A stretch of DNA of 64,000 bases from the NCBI GenBank assembly GCA_963727805.1, contig CAVSHF010000003.1:928001-992000 (forward strand), in the 5' to 3' direction. Numbering within the stretch: position 1 is the stretch's first letter; each line of letters opens with the position of its first letter. Shown here in pieces: positions 21,891-32,041 of this stretch. The position numbers were made by a program, and so were the translations under genes. Source of the stretch: an uncultured Nitrospiraceae bacterium. Lineage in GTDB: Bacteria; Nitrospirota; Thermodesulfovibrionia; Thermodesulfovibrionales; Dissulfurispiraceae. The notes under the pieces were generated by a model that saw only the letters and a list, made by a program, of their open reading frames with translations, searched no databases and was not told the DNA's origin.

Positions 21891-24617
21891 TTAATTATTT
21901 AATGCTTGAAGATTCCATGGAACTGTCACAAGGACCGTAGTTCCTGAATTAATAACCGATTGTATATCGATCTGACCGCCCATAGTATTTAACCGTTCAG
22001 ATATGTTTAAAATGCCGAATCCTTCATTGCTACCATTCGGTCTAATCTCAGTGGTGTCAAATCCCATTCCATCGTCTTTAACTGCTATTTTTATTTCCTT
22101 AGCATCTCGCAGAACCGATATGCTTGCTGTTTCGGCTTTTGCGTGCTTCACGACATTGACCATCAACTCACGTACAATATTAAAAAGAAGGATGCGCGTT
22201 GCATCATCAAGCGGCCTTTTATCCCCGTCAGTTTGAAAGTAAAACCTGACATCATATCTCCCTTGAAACTGCTCCACAAGCCGCTGCACTGCTGCATCAA
22301 ACCCTAATTCGTATAGCATAGGTGGACTGAGATCCACCGTCAAGGTTCGCACGAATTGGATTGCCTGATCGATAAGCTCCCGAATTTGCTGGATTTCATC
22401 GCATGCCTCTGCTGAGTGAATCGACTCGGCTAATGCTCCCAACTCTATTCTTATAAGAGCGAGAATTTGTCCGATATTTTCATGAAGTCCGGTTGCAATG
22501 CGGCGTCTCTCGCGCTCCTCGGTTAAAGATAGCTGAGTCACAAGCGCTTTCAGATGTTTTTCGTGGGCTGTAATGGTTTCCTTGGACCGTCTGAGGTCGG
22601 AAACCAAAACCGCCAACGACTCATTCACTCGGACGAGCTCTTTAGTCCTCTCCTTCACCCGCTCTTCCAATGTATCGTACGCTATTTTAAGCCCTTCCTC
22701 GGCCTGCTTGCGCTTACTGATATCCAGTATGGTCCCAATAATTGCTGGTCTATTTTTGTAGAAGACTCTGGAGCCGTATACCTCAACGTTTATGATTTCT
22801 TTAGTTTTCTTTATTAGTTTGAATTCATAATGAGCAGTTGTTATTTCGCCTCCTATTCGTCTTCTCATATTTTCTAAGATAATTGACAAATCATCCGGAT
22901 GCGCAACTGTGTTGATAAATTTCTCATCCAGACATTCATCCACTGAATAACCGACCATTTTTACAAACTGTGGGTTTACATATTTCATCGCGCTGTCCTG
23001 TATGAGATAAATGCCCACGAGTGCATTTTCAGCGAAACTCTTGAACATATCTTCAGATTCCTTTAGCTGCTCTTCTGCAAGCTTCCGCTCAGAGATATCT
23101 CTGCCGACAGACTGGTATTCAATAATGTCCCCGCGATCGTCGAAAATCGCACGATTCGTCCATTGATGCCAGTGCATATTCCCATCAGGAAACAGTAGGC
23201 GGCCTTCTGAGACGTTGTGAGGCTTGTCCTTTGTCAATGATTCAATCTGCCTTATCACTGCCTGACGGTCTTCCTCGTGAATGAGTGAATAGAAAGAATT
23301 ACCTAACAGATCCTCCGGCCTAGCTCCTAATGCCTTGATCAGTGCTCCATTCACATAGGTCAGTATACCGCCAGGGAGATGACGACTAACATACTCCGTC
23401 TGATTTTCAATGATATCCCGATAGCGCTCCTCACTTTTCCGCAACATATCGGCAATCCGGATTCGCTCCGCGATCTCCGCTTGAATCTTCTCTTGCATTT
23501 TTTTCCGTGCGGTGACATCTCTGCCTATCTCTATCCCAGCAATGATTTCTCCCTTGGCATTCTTGAGGGAGGAAGCAGTGATTTCGATACATTTTACCCC
23601 TTCGGGTACCTGAATCGTTCTTTCAACCCTATGTATCTGTCCATCCTGGAAAGCCATTGCCACGGGACAGCCTCCGCATTTCGATACATTGTATTCATAA
23701 GTCAGATAACAATACTCACCGACATGGTCTCCAGAAAGCTCCTTCTGAGCGGCATTCTGATATATAATCCTGTAATCAAGATCCTGAATGGTAACGGCAT
23801 CACCCATGCTGGCCAAGATGGCATCTGTTTTTGACTTTTCATCTTCAAGTTGGTTCACAGCTGCGGACAGTCCGCTTCGCAACTCACCCCAGTATGTGCC
23901 GAGCAATAATGGAATAGCCCATATATGGAGATTATGCCTGATCGGCGCATAAACGTTGACATAGCGATCATGAGCACTAATATTGAAAATCATGAGGAAT
24001 TCGTCAAGGAAGAAGAACAAAAAGCCCAAGATTAATGTGTTTTGGACCTTGGTCCCTCGCCTTTTTGTAGACAAAAATATCCACAGAGCATACCCCATAA
24101 AAATAGAGGCTGCCATTCTATCAGCCCACTCTCCCCAGAATGTGTGGAATGTCGCTCCCGGGTCATCTTTCAAATAAGCTGGCCACTGAAGGGCAATTGC
24201 AACGTATAAAATAAAGGTAATCGCTGATGAAATGATTACAAATCTGCGGGATATATTCTTCTTCTTAACCAGATAATTCATAAATGCAAAGGCAATCAGA
24301 ATGCATGACATCATCGTGGCAGCATGCTCTAGTGGCGGATAAAATTTATACATGAACTCAAAAGATATATACCCTCTTAAACTTCCGTATTCGGCCGTAA
24401 GCATGAGCAACTCTCTAGCCATTCCAATGACCGAAGCAATTCCTATATAAATGTCCTTTTGCGATTTGGTCTTCACCCATTCTTTGTATGCGACCCAAGC
24501 AAGAATGCTCCAGAAGAATGTGGGTAGTAGGAAGCGCACAGCCACTGGGCCGGGGGCCCCACCAGTGAGACCACCAAACTCGGCAAGAATTGCAAGTATT
24601 TCTTTGGCTAAAATCAT
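21891..24617 (-). CDS. Multi-TM, multi-PAS sensor kinase of HisKA_3 (NarX/UhpB) type
   Basis: About seven TM segments; three PAS domains; EERERRRIATGLHENIGQ; ELMVNVVKHA; DDGMGF; GFGI. Start uncertain (24617 chosen; the track gives 24749). Confidence 0.92.
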   Translation of the reverse strand: MILAKEILAILAEFGGLTGGAPGPVAVRFLLPTFFWSILAWVAYKEWVKTKSQKDIYIGIASVIGMARELLMLTAEYGSLRGYISFEFMYKFYPPLEHAATMMSCILIAFAFMNYLVKKKNISRRFVIISSAITFILYVAIALQWPAYLKDDPGATFHTFWGEWADRMAASIFMGYALWIFLSTKRRGTKVQNTLILGFLFFFLDEFLMIFNISAHDRYVNVYAPIRHNLHIWAIPLLLGTYWGELRSGLSAAVNQLEDEKSKTDAILASMGDAVTIQDLDYRIIYQNAAQKELSGDHVGEYCYLTYEYNVSKCGGCPVAMAFQDGQIHRVERTIQVPEGVKCIEITASSLKNAKGEIIAGIEIGRDVTARKKMQEKIQAEIAERIRIADMLRKSEERYRDIIENQTEYVSRHLPGGILTYVNGALIKALGARPEDLLGNSFYSLIHEEDRQAVIRQIESLTKDKPHNVSEGRLLFPDGNMHWHQWTNRAIFDDRGDIIEYQSVGRDISERKLAEEQLKESEDMFKSFAENALVGIYLIQDSAMKYVNPQFVKMVGYSVDECLDEKFINTVAHPDDLSIILENMRRRIGGEITTAHYEFKLIKKTKEIINVEVYGSRVFYKNRPAIIGTILDISKRKQAEEGLKIAYDTLEERVKERTKELVRVNESLAVLVSDLRRSKETITAHEKHLKALVTQLSLTEERERRRIATGLHENIGQILALIRIELGALAESIHSAEACDEIQQIRELIDQAIQFVRTLTVDLSPPMLYELGFDAAVQRLVEQFQGRYDVRFYFQTDGDKRPLDDATRILLFNIVRELMVNVVKHAKAETASISVLRDAKEIKIAVKDDGMGFDTTEIRPNGSNEGFGILNISERLNTMGGQIDIQSVINSGTTVLVTVPWNLQALNN

Positions 24618-24856
24618 AACGCTGGTTTGAAGAATGAGATACAAGACAACTCCATCATCATCGTTTCCCCAAGCACCCAGTATACCACTTCCTGAAATCA
24701 CACAACAAAAGGAGCCCTCCACGCTCAGATTCTGGTCCTGAGAGAACACGCTGCAAGTTGTGGCGTCTCTTTACTTCACAACAAAATCTCAGCAACTTAG
24801 GTCCGCTAGAGATTGGGAGAACGGCTTAGCTTGTTAGCAGGATGTTACAGTCTTTT

Positions 24857-24990
24857 TTGACATTCTCCCCGGCCTAAAGGCCGAGAATTCCCGACTCATG
24901 CAGAGAGTCAAGACCTTAGTCAGTATCTATCCGAGTGGCCTGCCCGCTCCATATCGCCGCTCGCCTATAGGGCGAGTCCCACTCCTGGTG
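24857..24990 (-). mobile_element. Orphan IS200/IS605-family right end with structured upstream segment; no tnpA or tnpB
   Basis: Minus strand reads GAAT-TCTCGGCC-TTTA-GGCCGGGGA-GAATG-TCAA: GAAT guide, subterminal hairpin and TCAA cleavage motif, as in IS608-type right ends. Further hairpins lie upstream (GACTC/GAGTC, CTCGCC/GGCGAG). Inner boundary is approximate. Confidence 0.7.
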
Positions 24991-25058
24991 TATTTTGCGT
25001 GAAGTGCATTTTGCGCTGGAAAGTATCAGTCATTATATTGATGAGCAATCTCCTTCTA

Positions 25059-25430
25059 TCACAAAACACTCTGCTGGCCTTGTAGAAGGTCACCGATCTT
25101 CCTGTTGAGTTCGTTGATGTCTCTCTTTATTTTATGGATGTGGGTCCTTTTGATATACCCCAGCTGTTCTGTCAGGACAAGTCTTTTGTGGATCTCCTCG
25201 AGACTATTGAGTGCCATGAAAATAGAATCATTTCTGTACTTTCTATTTTTCATCATAAATCCCTCGGCGAGGTGACATGGAACTGAATGGGTCATTCTAT
25301 TCAACGTACTGCAGACATCGCTGGAGCCTGACGAAGAGAGGTCAACGGTCATCTCATGTATTGTCTCTGCCAGCTCCAGTCCTTCCTGCCATATCTTATA
25401 CTCTTCAAGATTTTTCATCAGCTGGTTCAT
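25059..25430 (-). CDS. Four-helix bundle protein (23S rRNA IVP-like family)
   Basis: KNLEEYKIWQEGLELA...SVPCHLAEG...LGYI. Start re-called to ATG 25430 after AGGAGG. Confidence 0.75.
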   Translation of the reverse strand: MNQLMKNLEEYKIWQEGLELAETIHEMTVDLSSSGSSDVCSTLNRMTHSVPCHLAEGFMMKNRKYRNDSIFMALNSLEEIHKRLVLTEQLGYIKRTHIHKIKRDINELNRKIGDLLQGQQSVL

Positions 25431-25576
25431 ACTACAATCTTCCTCCTGAGATAGGGTTAGCAAAGTTTTTCCTCTTAATCCAAAAATATAAGACTACATA
25501 AAACATATACGTGTTGGCTGAAGCCTGCTCCTCAGTAAACTGATCGGCGATTATATCGGCTATGCTGATTCCTTCC

Positions 25577-25765
25577 TCAAACAGCTTTCAGACAATCTTC
25601 TCTCCAAAGACAATTGGCTTGATTGCATTCGTGCACATAACGCGTTGCATAACAATCATTATTGCCCTCTGCCCTCTGAATGGATCGGATGAACTCAATT
25701 TTGTTCTGCCTTCCGACTTTTACTCCCTTCGTTTTTGCAATTGTTCTAATAGCCTGCATCTTCAT
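25577..25765 (-). CDS. Small SAP/Rho-N-like domain protein with Cys motif
   Basis: IRTIAK...KIEFIRSIQRAEGNNDCY...C...CLWREDC. Confidence 0.8.
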   Translation of the reverse strand: MKMQAIRTIAKTKGVKVGRQNKIEFIRSIQRAEGNNDCYATRYVHECNQANCLWREDCLKAV

Positions 25766-26478
25766 GCGTGATCCCCCTATTTTTCAGACGAAATAGGTTT
25801 TATTTCCATAGTGGCATATATAACCTCGCACTGTGTCAAAGCATAGATTTTCGCGATTGAACATAGTTGAATGTATTTAAAGCAATATCGTCCCATCTCA
25901 TCGATGCCTGGAATAAATGTATAGTTTGCTACGTATGCTCGTAAAGCATAAACTACTAATATCCTGCATACTCATGATAATGATATAAATATATTATGTT
26001 TAAATGGACTTTAAATATATCCGATATCGTCTGATATTATTGTAGGAGACAAGGAAGTATCCTGTCAGTGCTTGTCTGACATACGACTGCATACGACTTT
26101 ACAAGAAGGGCCTCGCACAAAAGTAATCCTTGAGCGCAAGGCTATCTATTCAAAGAATTGTGGCTACTGAAGTTTTAAAATAAACATAGTGCTCAGAGGC
26201 AAGAATGTATTTTGGGAAACGATGTCTCTACCTCAGCATTGAAAGTTGCCATGATTGCTCTAACAACAACAAACATCAGATTGACATTTCATACCGCGCG
26301 CTTTAGATATCGTACCTAAACCCGGAATTTTACGGCGCTTCCTGATAATATTTGAAAATTAAGCATCAGTAAAAGGTTATATGATGCGGTATGCGCCCCT
26401 GTTAGCTCCTACTTGGGGCACGATTACTGATAAATTAGTGAAACCTGACACCATATTGACAGGCAGTCTGCTCGGTTA

Positions 26479-27015
26479 TTACTTCGGCCGTGAGATGCTA
26501 CGAACACTGTACAGCTCAAAGCGCTTTGCCCACCTAAAGGCTGTCGTATTACAAATACCAAGAATTTTAGCTGCCGAACAAAAAGTATTGCCTTCGGCCA
26601 GAAGAGTTTTGAGCTTATTGACATCAAAAGAGAGACGGACGCCTGGAATACCCTTGATCACTGTAATCCCATGTTTTCGCGCGAGCTTATATATAATCGC
26701 AGACTTGACGCCAAGACCTTTGGCGATTTCAGGTGCCGTAAGTCCGGCTTCCGTCATGCGACGGATTTTTTCGATTTTGTATTGCAGGGTCTCATCCGTG
26801 GGCACAGGTATCCGGGCCCTTAACCTAATCCTCCTGACAAGCTCAGATGTACATCCTACCATTCTGGCAATGACAGTATTCCTGAACTTAGGCAAAAGGG
26901 GAACAATTCGAGCGCTTACGCTGCCAGGCCTGAAGTTTTTCGCAATCGACCCCTTAGGCCTGCCTGGTTTGCGCTTGATTTGCTTTATTGTGTATGGGAA
27001 GTGTCTATTTTGCAT
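26479..27015 (-). CDS. Basic DNA-binding protein: AT-hook plus three HTH-like repeats
   Basis: KRKPGRPKGS; IARMVGCTSELVRR; EIAKGLGVKSAIIYK; AAKILGICNTTAFRW. Confidence 0.7.
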   Translation of the reverse strand: MQNRHFPYTIKQIKRKPGRPKGSIAKNFRPGSVSARIVPLLPKFRNTVIARMVGCTSELVRRIRLRARIPVPTDETLQYKIEKIRRMTEAGLTAPEIAKGLGVKSAIIYKLARKHGITVIKGIPGVRLSFDVNKLKTLLAEGNTFCSAAKILGICNTTAFRWAKRFELYSVRSISRPK

Positions 27016-27580
27016 AGCTTTTTTTATTTTGTATCGACAGCTATTATGACATAGACGTTATTCTGGCATTGAAGTTTTATGGTCATTATTACCCCCATCC
27101 ACCGGCGAGATTATATCATCATAACTATATTAACTATATTATGATATCAAACTTTTGGACCGTAAAACATACAAAATTGCAAGTCAATAAGGTGAATTTG
27201 CATATATCGTGATGACTGTCACAATATGCCACTTCCTATATTGGTCGGCCAGATGCTCAATGCGTTCCATCGATCCGACTTCCTCAACCAAGGCGATGCA
27301 TCGGAGGGAGAAAGATAACTCATTGAAAGAAAAATCGGGAATTGCATTTTAACCGATGACCTGCTGATTACTAATTATCTGCATTTCTTTTATCTTATTG
27401 TTTTACTTGTTTTATTTGATCTGCGTCATGCCACTACTGGCACAGCTTTTTTTCGCACTGAGCATTCGAACTGGTCCTTTAAGCGAGGGACAAGATCGCT
27501 TCAAATGGATGTTCGAATCAGCATAATGAATCGCTGAAAAATGATAAGGTAAGATATATTCTGTTTGTTACAATGAATCA

Positions 27581-27925
27581 ATGAAATTAAAAATAAATAT
27601 GTTGAAGCAGATAAAGAAGGTTATGTCAGTACATATGCCTCCATTCACGAAATCAAAGAAAGGGCAAACTCAGGTATTTGATGAAGTTATTAAAGAGACT
27701 GAAAAAGGGTTACTGATATCTGTGCCCATAGTTGATCATCTCCGACGAATCCGTGAGCACGCCCAGAATCGATATACTTTTGATTATCGGTGCAAAGGGC
27801 TTAAAATCATCATCGAAAACATGCCAGAAATTAGCATCATAGCTTATTATTCAGATGACCGAGATGGAAGTATCGGCACAGACACCGCGCAGCCGCCCTT
27901 TGATAAGATACTACGATTTTCCTAA
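27581..27925 (+). CDS. Hypothetical protein
   Basis: 114-aa ORF in an AT-rich region; no motif recognised. Confidence 0.4.
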   Translation: MKLKINMLKQIKKVMSVHMPPFTKSKKGQTQVFDEVIKETEKGLLISVPIVDHLRRIREHAQNRYTFDYRCKGLKIIIENMPEISIIAYYSDDRDGSIGTDTAQPPFDKILRFS

Positions 27926-28009
27926 GTTGCCATTTAAAAATAGCATGAAAGTCTGGTTATAGTTTAAGCTTTGGTTGTCTTGGTATAACCTATTGGTTAT
28001 ATAGGACAT

Positions 28010-28516
28010 TTAAGCAGCAGTTTTTCTCTGAACGCATATGATATTCCACTCCTTTAGTTTATCAATGGTCAAATTTATGGCTTTCTCGATGTTGTCATTA
28101 ACAATGTCAGACATTTCAAGTCCAAAGGTGTGATCGGCCGCGGCCGGCTGGATGCCGATCAGGCAAAGATGGGAAGGCATGGATCCCCTCAGGTTGGCAG
28201 CTGTAAGGAGATCGGCAAGACCGAGATTATGCAGCGAAACCTTCGGGAAGATGAGAGCCGCTATTTCGTTGTCTTCGATGATTCCTACATAGCCCGGCTC
28301 TTTACCGAAATCCATGGCGTCGACGATGAGGACTTTATCGACGCTTTCGAAAAGAGGGAGGAGGTCGAGGCCCAGCGTACCGCCATCAACGATCTGAATC
28401 CCAGGAGAACAGGCATATCGCTCTTTGATGGTATTGACCACGTGGACCCCGACCTGCTCATCTTTAAGCAGAATATTTCCCAGTCCTAAAAGTGCTGCTG
28501 ACAAATTAATGACCAT
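28010..28516 (-). CDS. Hydrogenase maturation protease (HyaD/HybD family)
   Basis: GLGNILLKDE, VDGGT, IVDA, SLH and IGIQP; last gene of the hydrogenase operon. Confidence 0.92.
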   Translation of the reverse strand: MVINLSAALLGLGNILLKDEQVGVHVVNTIKERYACSPGIQIVDGGTLGLDLLPLFESVDKVLIVDAMDFGKEPGYVGIIEDNEIAALIFPKVSLHNLGLADLLTAANLRGSMPSHLCLIGIQPAAADHTFGLEMSDIVNDNIEKAINLTIDKLKEWNIICVQRKTAA

Positions 28517-29150
28517 CCTCCATATTTTTATAACCGCTAAACATAGAGCTCATCAAACCATTCCTCTCGATGAGGTCATTGTGCCACGAGATGTATATAT
28601 GAACGATCACGAAAAGGCCGATGACCCACATAATCAAGTGGTGGACAAGCCTCAGATAGGCAACATTCATCAACCCCAGCGACCAGCCCCCGAGCATTGT
28701 CCAAATCGCTCCACCCCCATGAGCCAACGACAACATGGCAAAGCCTGTGACTATCTGGAAGATGTAAAGACAGAACAGGAACGTGTACGAAAGTCCGGCC
28801 AACCCGGTATGTCCCGGATAGTGCGGCAGGTCCTTCCTGCAAAAAGCGTAAAACGATGCCGTACAAACCGTGTTGTCAAACCTCTCTTTGGACGTCGGGA
28901 TAAACTGGTTGAGCTTTGCATACTTGTTGCCCGCAAACCACCAGTACATCCTCACTAAGACGCAGACCGTAAAGAGAAAGGCCGCGACAAAGTGAACGAA
29001 CCGCATGTAAGCCATGATCAGTGAATCGGCATCTCCATCCAAGAAGGGGGCGCCGATGTAAAACCCCGTTACGGATAGCACCACGATGCTCAACGCAATC
29101 AGCCAGTGCGCCACTCGTACCGGGAACTCCCAAACATAGATTCGACTCAT
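28506..29150 (-). CDS. Ni/Fe-hydrogenase cytochrome b subunit (HyaC/HupC family)
   Basis: YVWEFPVRVAHW, RFVHF, RLVHH, VHIY and SSMFSGYK. Confidence 0.95.
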   Translation of the reverse strand: MSRIYVWEFPVRVAHWLIALSIVVLSVTGFYIGAPFLDGDADSLIMAYMRFVHFVAAFLFTVCVLVRMYWWFAGNKYAKLNQFIPTSKERFDNTVCTASFYAFCRKDLPHYPGHTGLAGLSYTFLFCLYIFQIVTGFAMLSLAHGGGAIWTMLGGWSLGLMNVAYLRLVHHLIMWVIGLFVIVHIYISWHNDLIERNGLMSSMFSGYKNMEDGH

Positions 29151-29160
29151 GGCGGCCTCC

Positions 29161-30858
29161 TTATTTCACTTCGACTTTAAAAAGCTCTTTATGTTCTGCG
29201 TCAAAGAGATGAATTGCGCAGGCCATGCAGGGATCAAAGGAATGGATTGTCCTCTGGATCTCAATAGGCTTGGAGGGGTCCGCAATCGGCGTTCCGATAA
29301 GGGCAGCTTCAAACGGACTCTTCTGGCCTTTCGGGTCTCTCGGTCCGGCATTCCACGTTGTGGGGACGACGGCCTGGTAATTCTCGATCTTCCCATCTTT
29401 TATGACAATATAATGAGCGAGGGTGCCCCTCGGTGCATCGTGGAATCCGACGCCTTTGGCTTCTGCAGGCCAGGTTGAAGGGTCCCACTTGTCCGTATTG
29501 GCGGTTTTCAGGTCACCCTTTTTCATGTTTGCAGCAAGCTCGCCGATCCAGTCATTTAACTTTCCGGCGATAATCGCTGTCTCAATGCCCCTTGCAGCGG
29601 TCCGGCCGAGTGTCGAGAAAAGTGCTGCCGGTCCGACTCCCAGCTTGCCAAGAACCATGTCGACGGTTTCCTTGACCTGTTTTTGTCCCGACGCATAGGC
29701 CACGAGGCATCTGGCGAGAGGACCCACTTCCATGGCCTGATCATCATATCTTGGCGTCTTAACCCAGCTGTATTTCTTGCTAGTGTCGAGAGACTCATAA
29801 GGAGGCTTGGGTCCTGTATAGTTGGGGGTTGTTTCGCCCACATACGGATGCTTCGCCTTCGAATCGCCGCCCGAATAGCTGTACCACGAATTGTTGATGT
29901 ATTCAGTGATCTTCGCCGCATCGACAGGATATATCTTGCTCAAATCCTTGTCTTTGATGACTCCCGCTGGGAAAAAGAATTTCCCACTCGCATCGGGGAA
30001 CTCACCGCACGCCAGGAAATTGTTAAAACTCCCGTGGCCAGCCCAATCCTTGTAGAACGAAGCGATCGCGAGTAGATCGGGGATATACACCTTGTTCACA
30101 AAATCAACTGACTTCTGGGCGACTTCATTGAGGAATGCAATGCTTCCCGCATTGATGGCGTTCTGGCTGTTCGGGTCAACTGGAATGGACATACCACCGA
30201 CGAGGAATGTCTGCGGATGCGGATTTTTGGCTCCCAACAGTGCATGAGCACGGATAATGTCTCTCTGCCAGTCGAGTGCTTCGAGGTAATGGGCAACAGC
30301 CATTAGGTTCGCTTCGGGAGGCAGCTTATATTCCTTGTGTCCCCAGTATCCGTTGGCGAAGATGCCGAGCTGGCCGCTCTCGACAAAGGCCTTGAGCTTG
30401 GCGGCGACAGACTTGAAGTAACTAACCGATGAGTTGTTCGGCCAATCTGAAATAGATGAAGCGAGGGCTGCAGTCTTTGCGGGGTCGGCCTTTAACGCGC
30501 TTACGACATCGACCCAGTCAAGGGCGTGCAGATGATAAAAATGGATTACATGGTCATGCACAGACTGGAATCCCATGATCAGGTTTCTGATTATGCGGGC
30601 GTTGTCGGGGATCGTAATGTTAAGTGCGTTTTCAACAGCCCTTATTGACGCAAGGGCATGGACCGTAGTGCAGACGCCACAAAAACGGGAAACAAAGGTC
30701 CAGGCATCTCTTGGGTCTCTGCCCTTCATCATGACTTCGACACCCCTCCACATTGTGCCCGATGCCCAGGCATCTACAATTTTGCCGCCATCGACCTGCG
30801 CTTCAACTCTTAAATGTCCTTCTATTCTTGTTATTGGATCAACGATTATTTTAGCCAT
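29161..30858 (-). CDS. Group 1 [NiFe]-hydrogenase large subunit
   Basis: DPITRIEGH; L1 RFCGVCTTVH; L2 SFDPCMACAIH followed by a 15-aa cleavable extension. Confidence 0.98.
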   Translation of the reverse strand: MAKIIVDPITRIEGHLRVEAQVDGGKIVDAWASGTMWRGVEVMMKGRDPRDAWTFVSRFCGVCTTVHALASIRAVENALNITIPDNARIIRNLIMGFQSVHDHVIHFYHLHALDWVDVVSALKADPAKTAALASSISDWPNNSSVSYFKSVAAKLKAFVESGQLGIFANGYWGHKEYKLPPEANLMAVAHYLEALDWQRDIIRAHALLGAKNPHPQTFLVGGMSIPVDPNSQNAINAGSIAFLNEVAQKSVDFVNKVYIPDLLAIASFYKDWAGHGSFNNFLACGEFPDASGKFFFPAGVIKDKDLSKIYPVDAAKITEYINNSWYSYSGGDSKAKHPYVGETTPNYTGPKPPYESLDTSKKYSWVKTPRYDDQAMEVGPLARCLVAYASGQKQVKETVDMVLGKLGVGPAALFSTLGRTAARGIETAIIAGKLNDWIGELAANMKKGDLKTANTDKWDPSTWPAEAKGVGFHDAPRGTLAHYIVIKDGKIENYQAVVPTTWNAGPRDPKGQKSPFEAALIGTPIADPSKPIEIQRTIHSFDPCMACAIHLFDAEHKELFKVEVK

Positions 30859-30871
30859 TTTTCATCTCCCT

Positions 30872-31939
30872 TTATTTTTCTTTATTTTTGCCTTTTGTGG
30901 CTGTCCTGATAGCTGCGTGAGCCGCTACGGCGGCCACTGCAACTGCCGCTATACCAAGGCCGATCTTGTCAGCGTTGGCCATAACACTCGCGCCAGGTAC
31001 CTTGGGCATTCTCTTGTAGAACGGATATGCCGCGTCCCAGTTCCCCGGTGTCGAGCAGGCAATGCAGCCATGTCCGGCCATTACCGGCCAGCTCGTACCA
31101 CCGTTCCACCTGATTGTCGGACAGTTCTGATGTGCCATCGGGCCCTTGCAGCCCATCTCGTAAAGACACCATCCCTGCTTGGCCCCTTCGTCTCCCCACG
31201 CCTTCACAAACTGCCCGGCATCAAAATGCGGACGCCTCTCACAGTTGTTGTGGATCAGTTTTCCAAAAGCAAACTTCGGACGGCCATTGCTATCCAGGGC
31301 GGGTAATGCACCAAAAGTGAGGAAATGTACTACGGTGGCGGTGAAGTTCTCTACGTTCATCGGACAACCGGCGATGTTGACGACTGTGCCGCCGATAGCT
31401 TCCTGAATACCAACATATCCACCCGGGTTTGGGGCGGCTGCGGAGAGCCCGCCGAAACAGGCACAGTTGCCTACAGCGATATTCGCCATTGCGCCGGCCG
31501 CGACTTCCTTGAGGATAGCCATCGAGGACTTCCCGGCAACGCAGCAATAGACTCCGCCGTCCTTCGAAGAGACTGCTCCCTCATAAACAGCGATATACTG
31601 CCCCTTCTTGTTTTTCAGAATGTCCTGCAGCGATTTCTCAGCGGCTGTTCCACAAGGGGCCATGAGAGTCTCATGGTAATCAAGCGAGATGATATCAAGC
31701 ACAATCTGCCCGATAGTCGGCTTTGTCGCCCTCAAGACTGATTCGGAATCACCGGTACATTCCGCAAAGTGCATCCAGACAACCGACGGTCTCTGCTTCT
31801 TTTCCAGGGCTTCGGCGATCTGCGGGACCGCTGAAGAGCTCAAACCTAAAGTCGCAGCTGTTCCAGCGCAAAACTTCAGGAAGTCCCTGCGCGACACCCC
31901 TCGTCGCGTCAGATAAGAATAAATGCTCTCGTTCTCCAT
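30872..31939 (-). CDS. Group 1 [NiFe]-hydrogenase small subunit (Tat signal, C-terminal anchor)
   Basis: SRRDFLK; ECTGDSES; GNC; GCP; HNNCERR; CLYEMGCKGP; WPVMAGHGCIAC; C-terminal TM helix. Confidence 0.98.
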   Translation of the reverse strand: MENESIYSYLTRRGVSRRDFLKFCAGTAATLGLSSSAVPQIAEALEKKQRPSVVWMHFAECTGDSESVLRATKPTIGQIVLDIISLDYHETLMAPCGTAAEKSLQDILKNKKGQYIAVYEGAVSSKDGGVYCCVAGKSSMAILKEVAAGAMANIAVGNCACFGGLSAAAPNPGGYVGIQEAIGGTVVNIAGCPMNVENFTATVVHFLTFGALPALDSNGRPKFAFGKLIHNNCERRPHFDAGQFVKAWGDEGAKQGWCLYEMGCKGPMAHQNCPTIRWNGGTSWPVMAGHGCIACSTPGNWDAAYPFYKRMPKVPGASVMANADKIGLGIAAVAVAAVAAHAAIRTATKGKNKEK

Positions 31940-32041
31940 ACCCGTCCTCCTGTGACGAAATTTAACTCTACAATATAGAGTTAATGATGTCGATATCCAT
32001 ATGAAGCGAAAACGCCGAAAAATAGGCCTCCATTCTCAAAT

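Noticed and set aside
29161..30858. [NiFeSe] or 6-Cys O2-tolerant hydrogenase
   Set aside because: L2 is DPCMAC with no TGA, and the small subunit lacks the CTCC and SWGC supernumerary cysteines.
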